From Saprolegnia diclina VS20 (lineage: Eukaryota), in assembly GCF_000281045.1 (NCBI RefSeq), contig NW_008246111.1, forward strand, positions 135,907-170,606: a DNA stretch of 34,700 nucleotides, written 5' to 3'. A program made the translations under genes and the position numbers. Each line of letters opens with the position of its first letter. The stretch's first letter is position 1. Positions 1-10,159 of this stretch are shown here, in pieces. The notes under the pieces were generated by a model, which saw only the letters and a list, made by a program, of their open reading frames with translations, did no database searches and was not told the origin of the DNA.

Positions 1-1155
1 GACGCCAAGCGGCTCGGTCAACCCACCAAGGTCAACGTGTCGACACTCGAAGTCGCATGGGTCGTTGCAAATGCCCTCGCCGATTTGCACGAAGCTGGTC
101 TTCTTCACCGCGACCTCAAGAGCGAGAACGTCCTCCTCTGCTCCGAGAACTACATCAAGCTCGCCGACCTCGGGATTGCTCGCGAGTGCAAGTCCAAGAT
201 GACGACGGGCAAGGGCACGCCGTACTGGACAGCCCCCGAAGTCTATACGTCCGGCAGCAACTACAGCTTTGCAGCTGATATCTACGCATTTGGCGTCATT
301 TTGTCCGAGCTGGACACACTGCTGCTGCCATATGCAGATGTCCCGGGTATCAATTTCTGGGGTATCATGGACCGAGTCCGCAACGGCACGCTTCGGCCGA
401 GTCTGACGCCGACTTGCGCGCCCTGGCTCAAAGAGCTCGCGACAGCGTGCTTTGCGTCCGACCCGACGCAGCGTCCGACAGCCCACGACGTTGTCAACGT
501 CCTTGAACGCCAGCTCAACCACGCCAATTCTGAGATGCCGCCAACTTTACTCCGTCGCAAACCGAGTGCATCGACGCCTCTGATAGCTCAGGTACAAACT
601 TTGATAGAATTGTATTCAACTCAACAAAGGGTAGGTGGCACCGGTATCTCGTCAGCAAGACTCATCGTTGGGCTCCTCGGCGCCGCTTTCTGCGAGCCAC
701 CTGCTGTCGCGCATACCTGAAGTCGAGCTTACCCCCCACGAATCACCGCCAGAGAGTGGCAACGCCAAGGTATACGCCACAGCGTGTATGACCTAACCCT
801 CTTCTGGCACTAGACGGATGCGGGCGGAAGCATCGAGAAGGTCGTGGCCAACGATCTCATTTGTCAACGGTGTACCGCGACCAACAGCTTCCTGGACGAC
901 GCCTGCGAGACATGTCACGAGTCGTTGCCACCATCGTCGCAAAGGCTTGCACTGTTTGTGGAGCGGCTGGAAGTGGCGGCCGCGCAAGGCCTTCGCGTTG
1001 AATCGACCATCCCGTGTCATACGTGCAGCACGGCTTACCCAATGACGACAGCCGAGTGCGACGACTGCGGCGACGCGTTCCCCGCGGATACCGTCAAGAT
1101 TCGCATGCTGCTCAAGCGCCTCGAGCTCGCACGTAGCAGCAACCCGATAGTATAA
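1..1155 (+). CDS. TKL-group protein kinase (5' end outside window) with two C-terminal RanBP2/NZF-like zinc ribbons; predicted join(<1..591,635..769,814..1155)
   Basis: Frame is open from base 1 with HRDLKSEN, KLADLGIAR, GTPYWTAPE and DIYAFG motifs. Two GT-AG introns (592-634, 770-813) keep the frame into an exon with CQRCTATNSFLDDACETC and CHTC-x10-CDDC. Confidence 0.9.
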
Positions 1156-1252
1156 ATCGGGTGAAACTGACCCGAGTGCCATGGACAGTTTTTGGATCCA
1201 CAAGACCCACTTTTGATTGGTGGATGTGGTTGAAGGAAAGGGTTATCGATGC

Positions 1253-1293
1253 AAAGCCCCGTATTGCGCATCGAGCAAGCGGCCAACGCGTAA
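1253..1293 (+). pseudogene. Remnant of the 3' end of a paralogous zinc-ribbon exon (…RIEQAANA*)
   Basis: tgcgcatcgagcaagcggccaacgcgtaagcc matches the end of the 4221-4526 (-) exon but lies downstream of the stop at 1155. Confidence 0.7.
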
Positions 1294-1297
1294 GCCA

Positions 1298-1674
1298 CGT
1301 GATCCATCGATCGATTGAGCGACTAAATGCATTTTTCAATATTTGTATACAGTCCAAATGTGTTATGTAGTACACAAACGCAGCGAGCACATGCTATCTC
1401 TTCCATCGACGAGCTCGATTTACCCTACACCTACCCTAGCCCTAGGCACAAGCCGACCTGCAACTGGGTTTCCAATGATGCAGGACAATATACTGTAGGC
1501 TCGGAGGTAGCAGTTTGATTGCATTAGAGAAGAGTGATGCTGTACCAATTTGCGTTAGTTCATAGCATTATGGATTCACCGGGTTTATGATCCGACTCGC
1601 GACTGGGACGCTCGACATTCTTGATGACTTGATACCTCGAAGCTTAAAGCATCGGGTGCCATCCGCGGCTCAAT
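1298..1674. repeat. Direct repeat, copy A (377 bp), of 6844-7220
   Basis: Near-identical by eye (one substitution noticed) at an offset of 5546 nt. It covers the intergenic DNA and the last codons (LSRGWHPML*) of the convergent gene. Confidence 0.95.
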
Positions 1675-2105
1675 CCAGGGACCGATGTCCGCGGCAAGTG
1701 CTCGTTCGTCGGGACCTTGTGCGTGTGGCAGTAGGCTTCGTACTCGCCCCAGAGATCCTCAGTGTCGGCGTACACTGTCGACTCTGTCGCAAGCAAATCT
1801 TCTTTGTAAAAGAACCGGCGCGGTGGCAATGTCCTCGTCCATTCCGTCTTACGTATTGGACAACATCTTGATGGCTTGACGTTGGCACTGGAGCTAGACG
1901 TCATGGCTTCATGCAACGATGATGGACCCCGCCGTCGCCACTCCCATACTACATGGCAGTGCCAACATGGAAGCGCGCACGGGCCACGACAAGGCGCACT
2001 AGACACGCGCGAGGAAGCAACGTCGACTGTCTTGGCAGAACCATCGAGTGCTCGACAGCGACTGCTTGGCCGAGCCGCGGAGCCAATTGTGATGCCATCA
2101 GCCCT
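1644..2105 (-). pseudogene. C-terminal fragment of the TPR/'WHPM' family, probably degenerate
   Basis: PPRRFFYKEDLL…YEAYCHTHKVP…RTSVPGLSRGWHPML* aligns with the C-termini ending at 13804 and 15690. It keeps the same intron context (gatg|gt…gtctag|tgcg) as 13183-13229, but an in-frame TAG follows and there is no ZZ finger. Confidence 0.65.
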
Positions 2106-3468
2106 CTAGGATAGTTGTTTCGTTGAGGTCCCTTCGAGCCGCGGATTGGCGGGGTCGTGCGTCCCCAGCAAAGGTAATGCGATACGCCCATCCAAGCCCG
2201 TTGGTCGATCTGTGACTTCACATGACGATAGTTGGTAGATTTTTAGCTAGATGCGAGGCCGTATCATTACCTTTAATTTGATGCATTTTGCAGCTCTAAA
2301 CTCGCCAAAATGAAGGATCTACGATTGGGGAACCGCGGCTACGGCCAGTCACGCCATCAGAAGTATCTTGGTTATTGTACATTCACAACCCTATCATCGA
2401 TTGTCCGGTTGTGAAGTCTATAATCAGCTCAAGTTTGCACGGGGTTTGTCGTGCACGTGGATTGGCGAAATACCCACCAATGAAAAGCGGCGAATTGCTG
2501 ATCTTTGGCATCGCGTCCGTGGATTGGAGGATAATCAGCGAATGAAGCGCGAGGAGAGGTGCCGATCATTTCGCCATGTGTGCAATGCTGGCCGCTTGCT
2601 TCGCTTCAAGCTCGAGTCTTTTGCCGCGTCGATCCTCCAGGTCCAGCGAGACGCGCTCTGGCGACTGCGCGCTGACCGTGGTCTCGGTCTCGGAGGTGCA
2701 CAAGCAATTGCTCTTGGTCCGTGGCAAGCTCGCGCTGCCCGAGCACAGCCTGGCACTCGGGTCGCTGCGGTCGCCCGAGGTGGTCTCGCTGCTGCTGACG
2801 CACCTTGCGTCGCCGCCGCGTGCGGCCTTGCGGTCGATNNNNNNNNNNNNNNNNNNNNNNNNNNNNNNNNNNNNNNNNNNNNNNNNNNNNNNNNNNNNNN
2901 NNNNNNNNNNNNNNNNNNNNNNNNNNNNNNNNNNNNNNNNNNNNNNNNNNNNNNNNNNNNNNNNNNNNNNNNNNNNNNNNNNNNNNNNNNNNNNNNNNNN
3001 NNNNNNNNNNNNNNNNNNNNNNNNNNNNNNNNNNNNNNNNNNNNNNNNNNNNNNNNNNNNNNNNNNNNNNNNNNNNNNNNNNNNNNNNNNNNNNNNNNNN
3101 NNNNNNNNNNNNNNNNNNNNNNNNNNNNNNNNNNNNNNNNNNNNNNNNNNNNNNNNNNNNNNNNNNNNNNNNNNNNNNNNNNNNNNNNNNNNNNNNNNNN
3201 NNNNNNNNNNNNNNNNNNNNNNNNNNNNNNNNNNNNNNNNNNNNNNNNNNNNNNNNNNNNNNNNNNNNNNNNNNNNNNNNNNNNNNNNNNNNNNNNNNNN
3301 NNNNNNNNNNNNNNNNNNNNNNNNNNNNNNNNNNNNNNNNNNNNNNNNNNNNNNNNNNNNNNNNNNNNNNNNNNNNNNNNNNNNNNNNNNNNNNNNNNNN
3401 NNNNNNNNNNNNNNNNNNNNNNNNNNNNNNNNNNNNNNNNNNNNNNNNNNNNNNNNNNNNNNNNNNNN

Positions 3469-3768
3469 GACCGCGTCGTCACTAAGATCTCGGTCGGCGA
3501 AGAAGCGCTCGAGGCTGTCGACGGTCTCCAAGAAGAGGTACATCCAGGCGTGCGAGACATACCAGTTGGCTGGCGCGACGTAAGCGGCGGTCGACGGGTC
3601 GTTGGCGACGTGGTCGACGAGCGAGAGCTCGGTTGGCTTGGTCATAGGCACGATAAACTCAAAGCAAACTTGGGCTGTCGTCTTGCCAACAAAGCTGGCT
3701 TCACCGCCATGGGCGTTGATAAAGTGGCGCAAGTACGAGAGGCGGACACCGCGGTCTGGTGATGTCAT
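3469..3768 (-). CDS. N-terminal part of an oomycete TPR (kinesin-light-chain-like) family protein with a 'YVSHAW' HET/TIR-like domain; runs into a gap
   Basis: ATG at 3768: MTSPDRGVRLSYLRHFINAHGG…KTTAQVCFEFIVPMT…ANWYVSHAWMYLFLETVDSLERFF. I recognise this as the N-terminus typical of that family. Truncated by Ns at 2839-3468. Confidence 0.75.
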
Positions 3769-4220
3769 GGCGCCCTTGCAAATGAGTCGATCGCATTCTC
3801 GTGTTCCCCGTTGCGTTCCTGATGGAAATGGAGAACCCAGATGGTTCGTCTTGACGTAGTTGGGTGTTACTGGCATAGACAGTTGATAATGTGCTATAAT
3901 CGCTAGAAACACAGAGCTGTGATGGCCAACTCCTTGTGTACGGACCAATCAGAGCGCGGGAAATTGGATCTTCGGAAGCAGAGTGGCACTGTGCGACTTG
4001 GCGGCCGCTCGCCATGTCAAATTGTTTGTACAACCGCGATTGCTCGGCATTGCTCGGTGCTCATCGGAGCTGCGTATCTCGAACGACTCTGAGCGTCTCG
4101 GCTTTCTTCTTCGGCGTATAGCTTGGTGCTAGCAAGTGTCCACTACCTTTGCGCTGCTCACGAAACGCAAACATGTTCAAAACGTCACTTGGTCGTGGTA
4201 TACAGAATGCATCGCGAGGC

Positions 4221-5059
4221 TTACGCGTTGGCCGCTTGCTCGATGCGCAGCAGTAGGATACGCAGCTTTTCTTGGTCGTCCGGAAGTTCATCGTCGCACT
4301 CGTCGCAGATCGTGACCGTCATACTGTGGTGGGTTTCACAGCAGACGCAGACAAGACCGGTGTCGATCTCAAATCCGTTCTTCTTGGCGACCGCAAGCCG
4401 CTTGAGAAGGACCTTGAGCTTGGACGCCACGGGAGCTAACGACCCGGCGCAGGCCTCGCAGTGTGACTCGAGCAGAGAGTTGGAGGCGCGGCAGAGCTGA
4501 CACACGACGCGCGTACTCACAAGCATCGAGTTGGACCACGACGAGTACGTCTACAATGGCGATATGATGGAGAAGACTGACCACAAGAGTTGTGTTGATG
4601 AGCTCACCGTCGAGCCAGTGGATGTTCCAGGGGTGACGGACGACGTCGTCGAGTCGCTGCTGAGGGTTGAGCTCGTGCGACTGCGTAGCTTGTCGGAGCC
4701 TTGGAGGTTCTCAGGTGTTGATATCTACAAAGAGAGTAAATGCGTGACCTTTTCATGCCGTCAGAAGCGACGTAGGCTACGGCGGTGGAGCGCGTCTTGC
4801 GAGTCGAGGGCTCGGTCTCTGGTTCCGGCGCCAACGCTTCTTCGCTGCGACCGAGCAGCTTTTGGAGGGAGGTCACAAGCATCTGCGCCGACGGACGCTG
4901 CGTCGGGTCAAACGACAGACATGGCTCTGCGAGGTGACGCAGCCAAAGCGGACAGTTCACGCTCATTGTCGGGCGGAGGTTGCCGAGACGTACTTGGTCC
5001 ATGATACCCCAGTACCCAAGATCCTTGACATCGTGGTACGGTAGCTGGAGCGTGTCCAG
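4221..5059 (-). CDS. 3' exons of an ANK-TKL kinase-zinc ribbon gene (kinase C-lobe, Ser/Thr-rich linker, two zinc ribbons); probably the end of the gene starting at 9601
   Basis: LDTLQLPYHDVKDLGYWGIMDQVRLGNLRP…CLSFDPTQRPSA, then CQLC…CEAC and CVCC…CDEC. Same exon structure as 6000-6839 (+). Confidence 0.85.
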
Positions 5060-5159
5060 NNNNNNNNNNNNNNNNNNNNNNNNNNNNNNNNNNNNNNNNN
5101 NNNNNNNNNNNNNNNNNNNNNNNNNNNNNNNNNNNNNNNNNNNNNNNNNNNNNNNNNNN

Positions 5160-6839
5160 TGGACGTCTGCAACTCGGTAACCCGCACCAGCGATCGAAAG
5201 TACCAACGACAACTTTGTTTTTTCATAGGCGGGTGTGACACCGGTGATTCTCGCCATCCAAAGAGGCCATCGACGTCTGGCGACGATGCTTCACGTCGCT
5301 GCGCACAGTGCGATTCCTGAAGTCCGTGTCCTCGGGTTGGATAAAATTCTGACAAATGACGTCGTTAGGTGTCAGAGACGGAGATTGAGATGGACATTTC
5401 TAGTCCATTGGGCGTCGGCGGCTACGGGGCCGTGTACAAGGGCATCTACAACGACCGATCCGTCGCCGTCAAGACGGCTGCCAACGCATCGTCTGCCCAA
5501 GCATTGGTTTACGAGATGGGGACTATGCAGATGTATGTCTTTTCTGATATTTTCTTATTTCCTCATCATTGATGGATTTAGGTGCAATTCGCCGTATGTG
5601 CTGCAGCTGCTCGCGGTCTCGGGCGCCGGCACATTGAGTCCCAAGCTTGTCCTGGAGTACATGGACGCCGGCGATCTTCGGAGCTACCTCGACGCCAAGC
5701 GACTTGGCCGGGCCACCAAGGTTGATGTCTCTTCCCTTGAAGTGGCGTGGGTGCTTGCGAATGCTCTTGCCGATCTGCACCACAACGGTCTTCTTCACCG
5801 GGACCTCAAGAGCCACAACGTCCTCCTCTCTTCGACCAACTACATCAAGCTCGCCGACCTCGGGATCGCCCGCGAGAACGAGTCGAACATGACGACAGGC
5901 AAGGGCACACCGTACTGGACCGCCCCCGAGGTCTTTACGTCGGACAGCAACTACAGCTTTGCCGCCGATATCTACGCATTTGGCGTCATTTTGACCGAGC
6001 TGGACACGCTCCAGCTACCGTACCACGATGTCAAGGATCTTGGGTACTGGGGTATCATGGACCAAGTGCGTCTCGGCAACCTCCGCCCGACAATGAGCGT
6101 GAACTGTCCGCTTTGGCTGCGTCACCTCGCAGAGCAATGTCTGTCGTTTGACCCGACGCAGCGTCCGTCGGCGCAGATGCTAGTGACCTCCCTCCAAAAA
6201 CTGCTCGGTCGCAGCAAAGAAGCGTCGGCGCGGGAGCCAGAGACCGAGCCCTTGGACCGCAAGACGCGCTCCACCGCGGTAGCCTACGTCGCTTCTGACG
6301 GCATGAGAAGGTCATGCACCCTACTCTCTTTGTAGATGTCAACACCCGAGAACCTCCACCGCTCCGACAAGCTACTCAGTCGCACGGGCTCGACCCTCAG
6401 CAGCGACTCGGTGACGTCGTCCGTCACCCCTGGAACATCCACTGGCTCGACGGTGAGCTCATCAACACAACTCTTATGTTGAGACTTCTCCATCATATCG
6501 CCATTGTAGACGTACTCGTCGTGGTCCAACTCGATGCTCGTGAGTACGCGCGTCGTGTGTCAGCTCTGCCGCGCCTCCAACTCTCTGCTCGAGTCACACT
6601 GCGAGGCCTGCGCCGGGTCGTTAGCTCCTGTGGCGTCCAAGCTCAAGGTCCTTCTCAAGCGGCTTGCGGTCGCCAAGAAGAACGGATTCGAGATCGACGA
6701 CGGTCTTGTCTGCGTCTGCTGCGACACGCTTCACAGTATGACGGCCACGATCTGCGACGAATGCGACGATGAGCTTCCGGACGACCAAGAAAAGCTGCGC
6801 ATTCTACTGCGACGCATCGAGCAAGCGTCCAAGGCGTAA
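5160..6839 (+). CDS. Ankyrin-TKL kinase-double zinc ribbon protein, 5' truncated by a gap; predicted join(<5160..5176,5229..5321,5369..5532,5582..6278,6336..6452,6510..6839)
   Basis: Complete kinase motif set after splicing: GVGGYGAVY, VAVK, LVLEYM, HRDLKSHN, DLG, GTPYWTAPE. The upstream exon AGVTPVILAIQRGHRRLATML is ankyrin-like. All five introns are GT-AG and frame-preserving. Confidence 0.92.
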
Positions 6840-6843
6840 GTCT

Positions 6844-7220
6844 CGTGATCCATCGATCGATTGAGCGACTAAATGCATTTTTTAATATTTGTATACAGTC
6901 CAAATGTGTTATGTAGTACACAAACGCAGCGAGCACATGCTATCTCTTCCATCGACGAGCTCGATTTACCCTACACCTACCCTAGCCCTAGGCACAAGCC
7001 GACCTGCAACTGGGTTTCCAATGATGCAGGACAATATACTGTAGGCTCGGAGGTAGCAGTTTGATTGCATTAGAGAAGAGTGATGCTGTACCAATTTGCG
7101 TTAGTTCATAGCATTATGGATTCACCGGGTTTATGATCCGACTCGCGACTGGGACGCTCGACATTCTTGATGACTTGATACCTCGAAGCTTAAAGCATCG
7201 GGTGCCATCCGCGGCTCAAT
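6844..7220. repeat. Direct repeat, copy B, of 1298-1674; includes the 3' end (7190-7220, - strand) of a 'WHPM' family gene
   Basis: Near-identical sequence that ends at a 100-N gap. Confidence 0.95.
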
Positions 7221-7320
7221 NNNNNNNNNNNNNNNNNNNNNNNNNNNNNNNNNNNNNNNNNNNNNNNNNNNNNNNNNNNNNNNNNNNNNNNNNNNNNNNN
7301 NNNNNNNNNNNNNNNNNNNN

Positions 7321-9601
7321 TTGCACCTAAATCCATCAATGATGAGGAAATAAGAAAATAAGAAAATAGAAAAGACATACAGCTGCATAGTCTTCATCTC
7401 GTAAACCAATGCTTGGGCAGACGATGCGTTGGCAGCCGTCTTGACGGCGACGGATCGGTCGTTGTAGATGCCCTTGTACACGGCCCCGTAGCCACCGGCG
7501 CCCAATGGACTAGAAATGTCCATCTCAATCTCCGTCTCTGACACCTAACGACGTCATTAGTCTGAAAATTCATCCAGCCAGACGACACGGACTTCAGGAA
7601 TCGCACTGTGCGCAGCCGCCTGAAGCATCGTCGCCATACGTCGATGGCCTCTTTGGATGGCGAGAATCACCGGTGTCACACCCGCCTATGAAATATAAAG
7701 TTGTCGTTGGTGCTTTCGATCGCTGGTGCGGGTTACCGAGTTGCAGACGTCCATCTTGATATCTGGCGCACGCAAAAGAGCGTCCAGAGCCTTGTGGTCG
7801 TCGCGTTGCACAGCGAGATGCAGGAGCGAGTCGCCTTCCTATAGCCATTCCTTCAGTTCTCGGATGACAAGTCGTCTCCTCACCTCGTTCATGGCGTTGG
7901 GGCTCACGCCGCTTGCCAAAAGCACTACTGTCTGGCGGTAGTCTCGCTTGCACACGGCGTCAACGAGCTCGGCACCACGCTAAGTGATTTGACTTGCGTC
8001 AGCTTCAAGTCGACAGGAGGCAGGAGGTCGTACCTGCGCGTTGGCTTTGGCTTCAACACGATTGAGAATGGCGCGGACGCGATCGTTCGTTGCTAGCATC
8101 AATGGCGTCTCGCCCGACTAGAGACAGACATGTCGAGCTTACTTTGTGATTAGTAAGTACCGTAGTCATCGCAAAGACGTTGGCGTTGGCGCCCAAAAGA
8201 GACTCGACAACGCTCGCATGCCCCTTGGCGGCCGCAACGTGCAAGGGTGTGTGACCTATCTAGTCGAAGATCGACTCACATACTGAGAAAATAGAGTGCA
8301 GCGTGCGTACGTGGTTGATCGCGTTGACATACGTCTCGTCCTTTGCCACCTTGAGCAGAGACGTGACGATGGCGACGTGGCCGCTGCCAGCCGCGAGGTG
8401 CAGCGCAGTCTCTCCATGCTAGAGCAAAGTCGGTTTTGGCAACCAGCCAAGGAACATTCAAAGTGCAAACCTCGTTTGCTAGCGTTGGGCTGGCGCCAAG
8501 AGAGAGAAGACGCTCCACAACACTCGTGTCGTTGGTCGCGGCCGCTTGAAGGAAGACGGTCTTGACCGCGTCAGAGTGTTGCATAAGTGCTCGCGTTGTC
8601 TAACACATTGCTACTGTGGAAAGAGAGGATACTGCAAAGGCGTGTACTCCATCCTGGCTGGCAATCTCAAGGTTGTTCAGAGTCGATCGGAGCAGCGGCA
8701 AGTCGTGTGCCTCGAGAGCCCTCTGCAACACGGCCATAGCGTGCTAGAGCAGTTGCAAGCGTTGTCTCACGACTCGATCGACGAGCGCAATGCGCGTACG
8801 TTATCGCGGGCGCTGGGGTTGATGGCTTCTTGCTACGCCAGACGATAATACGACCGGAGTGGCATCACAGAACGAGCTACCATAGGCTTGGAAAGCGAGT
8901 CTCGCAAGAGCTGGACGACGCTAACATGTCCTTTCTTTTCTGCGATCAGAAGGGGCGATTTGCCAAACTACAATGGACCATACACCGCGCTGCTCATATT
9001 TCTCGTTGCGCCAGGAGAATGACGGGACGTACGTTGTCGTAGACGTCGATGGCCGCGCCCTTGGCGAGCAAGAGGCGGGTGATCTCCACGTGGCCTCCGG
9101 CAGCAGCAAAGAAACATGGCGTTCGACCATACTACACATCGACACATAGAAACCTCGACAAATGCCAACACGGTACTTGGTCCAGCGCGTCGACGGTCGC
9201 GCCCTTCTCAAGCAAGAAGCGGACTACGTCCAATTGACCATCGTAAACAGCGTAGTGCAATGGTGTCCACTCGTTCTACGCCGATATACGTGCACCCGAT
9301 GCGCGAGATACCCACACACGTACGTAGCTTGTGGCGTCGATGGCGGCGCCCTGTGCAAGCAACCGAGCGACGACTTGCAACTGACCAGCGGATGCAGCAA
9401 AATGCAAATCCTAGCAGGCCAGAGACTTTTAGAACCTGACGATCGTGGCGCGCTTACGTCGTCGGTGTAGGTAGTGCTGACACCATTTTTGAGGTCGGCG
9501 ATACCGCCAGCCACGGTGCCTGCTTCTGGAGCAGTGCCAGCCGCTGCCTGCACGGTCGCAACCTCGTGGGCATCCTTCATGACGCTTGCGCGTACCTCCA
9601 T
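7321..9601 (-). CDS. Multi-exon ankyrin-repeat N-terminus plus kinase N-lobe of an ANK-TKL kinase; probable ATG at 9601; 3' part interrupted by a gap
   Basis: Successive GT-AG-bounded exons read DLHFAASAGQLQVVARLLAQGAAIDATSY, NEWTPLHYAVYDGQLDVVRFLLEKGATVDALDQ, YGRTPCFFAAAGGHVEITRLLLAKGAAIDVYDN, FGKSPLLIAEKKGHVSVVQLL, HGETALHLAAGSGHVAIVTSLL, IGHTPLHVAAAKGHASVVESLL, EGDSLLHLAVQRDD and AGVTPVILAIQRGH, then LGAGGYGAVYKG…VAVK. Confidence 0.88.
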
Positions 9602-10159
9602 CGTCGCCGTTGACACGCCTCGCAAAGTCGAAAATTGACTTTGCCTTTTTTCCTGCACGGTGATTGGCTCAAATCGAATAGGCGTATCGAGACTGCGTCG
9701 CGCAGTTGTCGTCGCGACAAGAGAATCGTATATCGCATGACAACTTGTCTCATTGTAGTGGTCAAAACAACAAGGATGCTAACGTTATGAGCGCCGTTGC
9801 TGCACGGTATTAGCGCCCACGAGAACGATACTACGAGAAAGGTGCATGTCACATATTGTTGGCCGCTGATTTGCTCGCATCGAGTCGCGCGACTCGTCTC
9901 GGCAGGTGCGTGTTGGTCCAATCAAGAAGGGGAACTCGATAGCGAACCCGAGGATCGTATCAAGCACCCTCGTTGGCGTCGCGTCGGATGAAGGACGAGT
10001 GCGATCGGGCGTTGCGTGTCATCCGGATAAACCATGTCGTGGCGTTGTGGGTTGACAAAACGAGAAGCGCCAGTTTGTCAAGTGACGTGAACGACAATGG
10101 ACGGGGTAGTACAGGGCCGAGCCTGGCGTATATCGCTATAGGCTTAAGGAGCCATGTAG

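Larger units (their letters stand above)
4221..6839. repeat. Inverted repeat pair 4221-5059 / 6000-6839
   Basis: The reverse complement aligns along the whole length with scattered substitutions (e.g. EIDTGL/EIDDGL, AANA*/ASKA*). Confidence 0.95.
5160..7753. repeat. Inverted repeat pair 5160-5587 / 7321-7753
   Basis: The same exons and introns (ankyrin exon, kinase N-lobe exon) occur in opposite orientation with a few substitutions (GVGGYG/GAGGYG, EMGTMQM/EMKTMQL). Confidence 0.95.

Noticed and set aside
4221..7753. Long inverted repeats as transposon TIRs or a hairpin-RNA locus
   Set aside because: The repeats are kinase exons and introns separated by 100-N gaps, so relative orientation is unreliable. 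No transposase or target-site duplication is visible.
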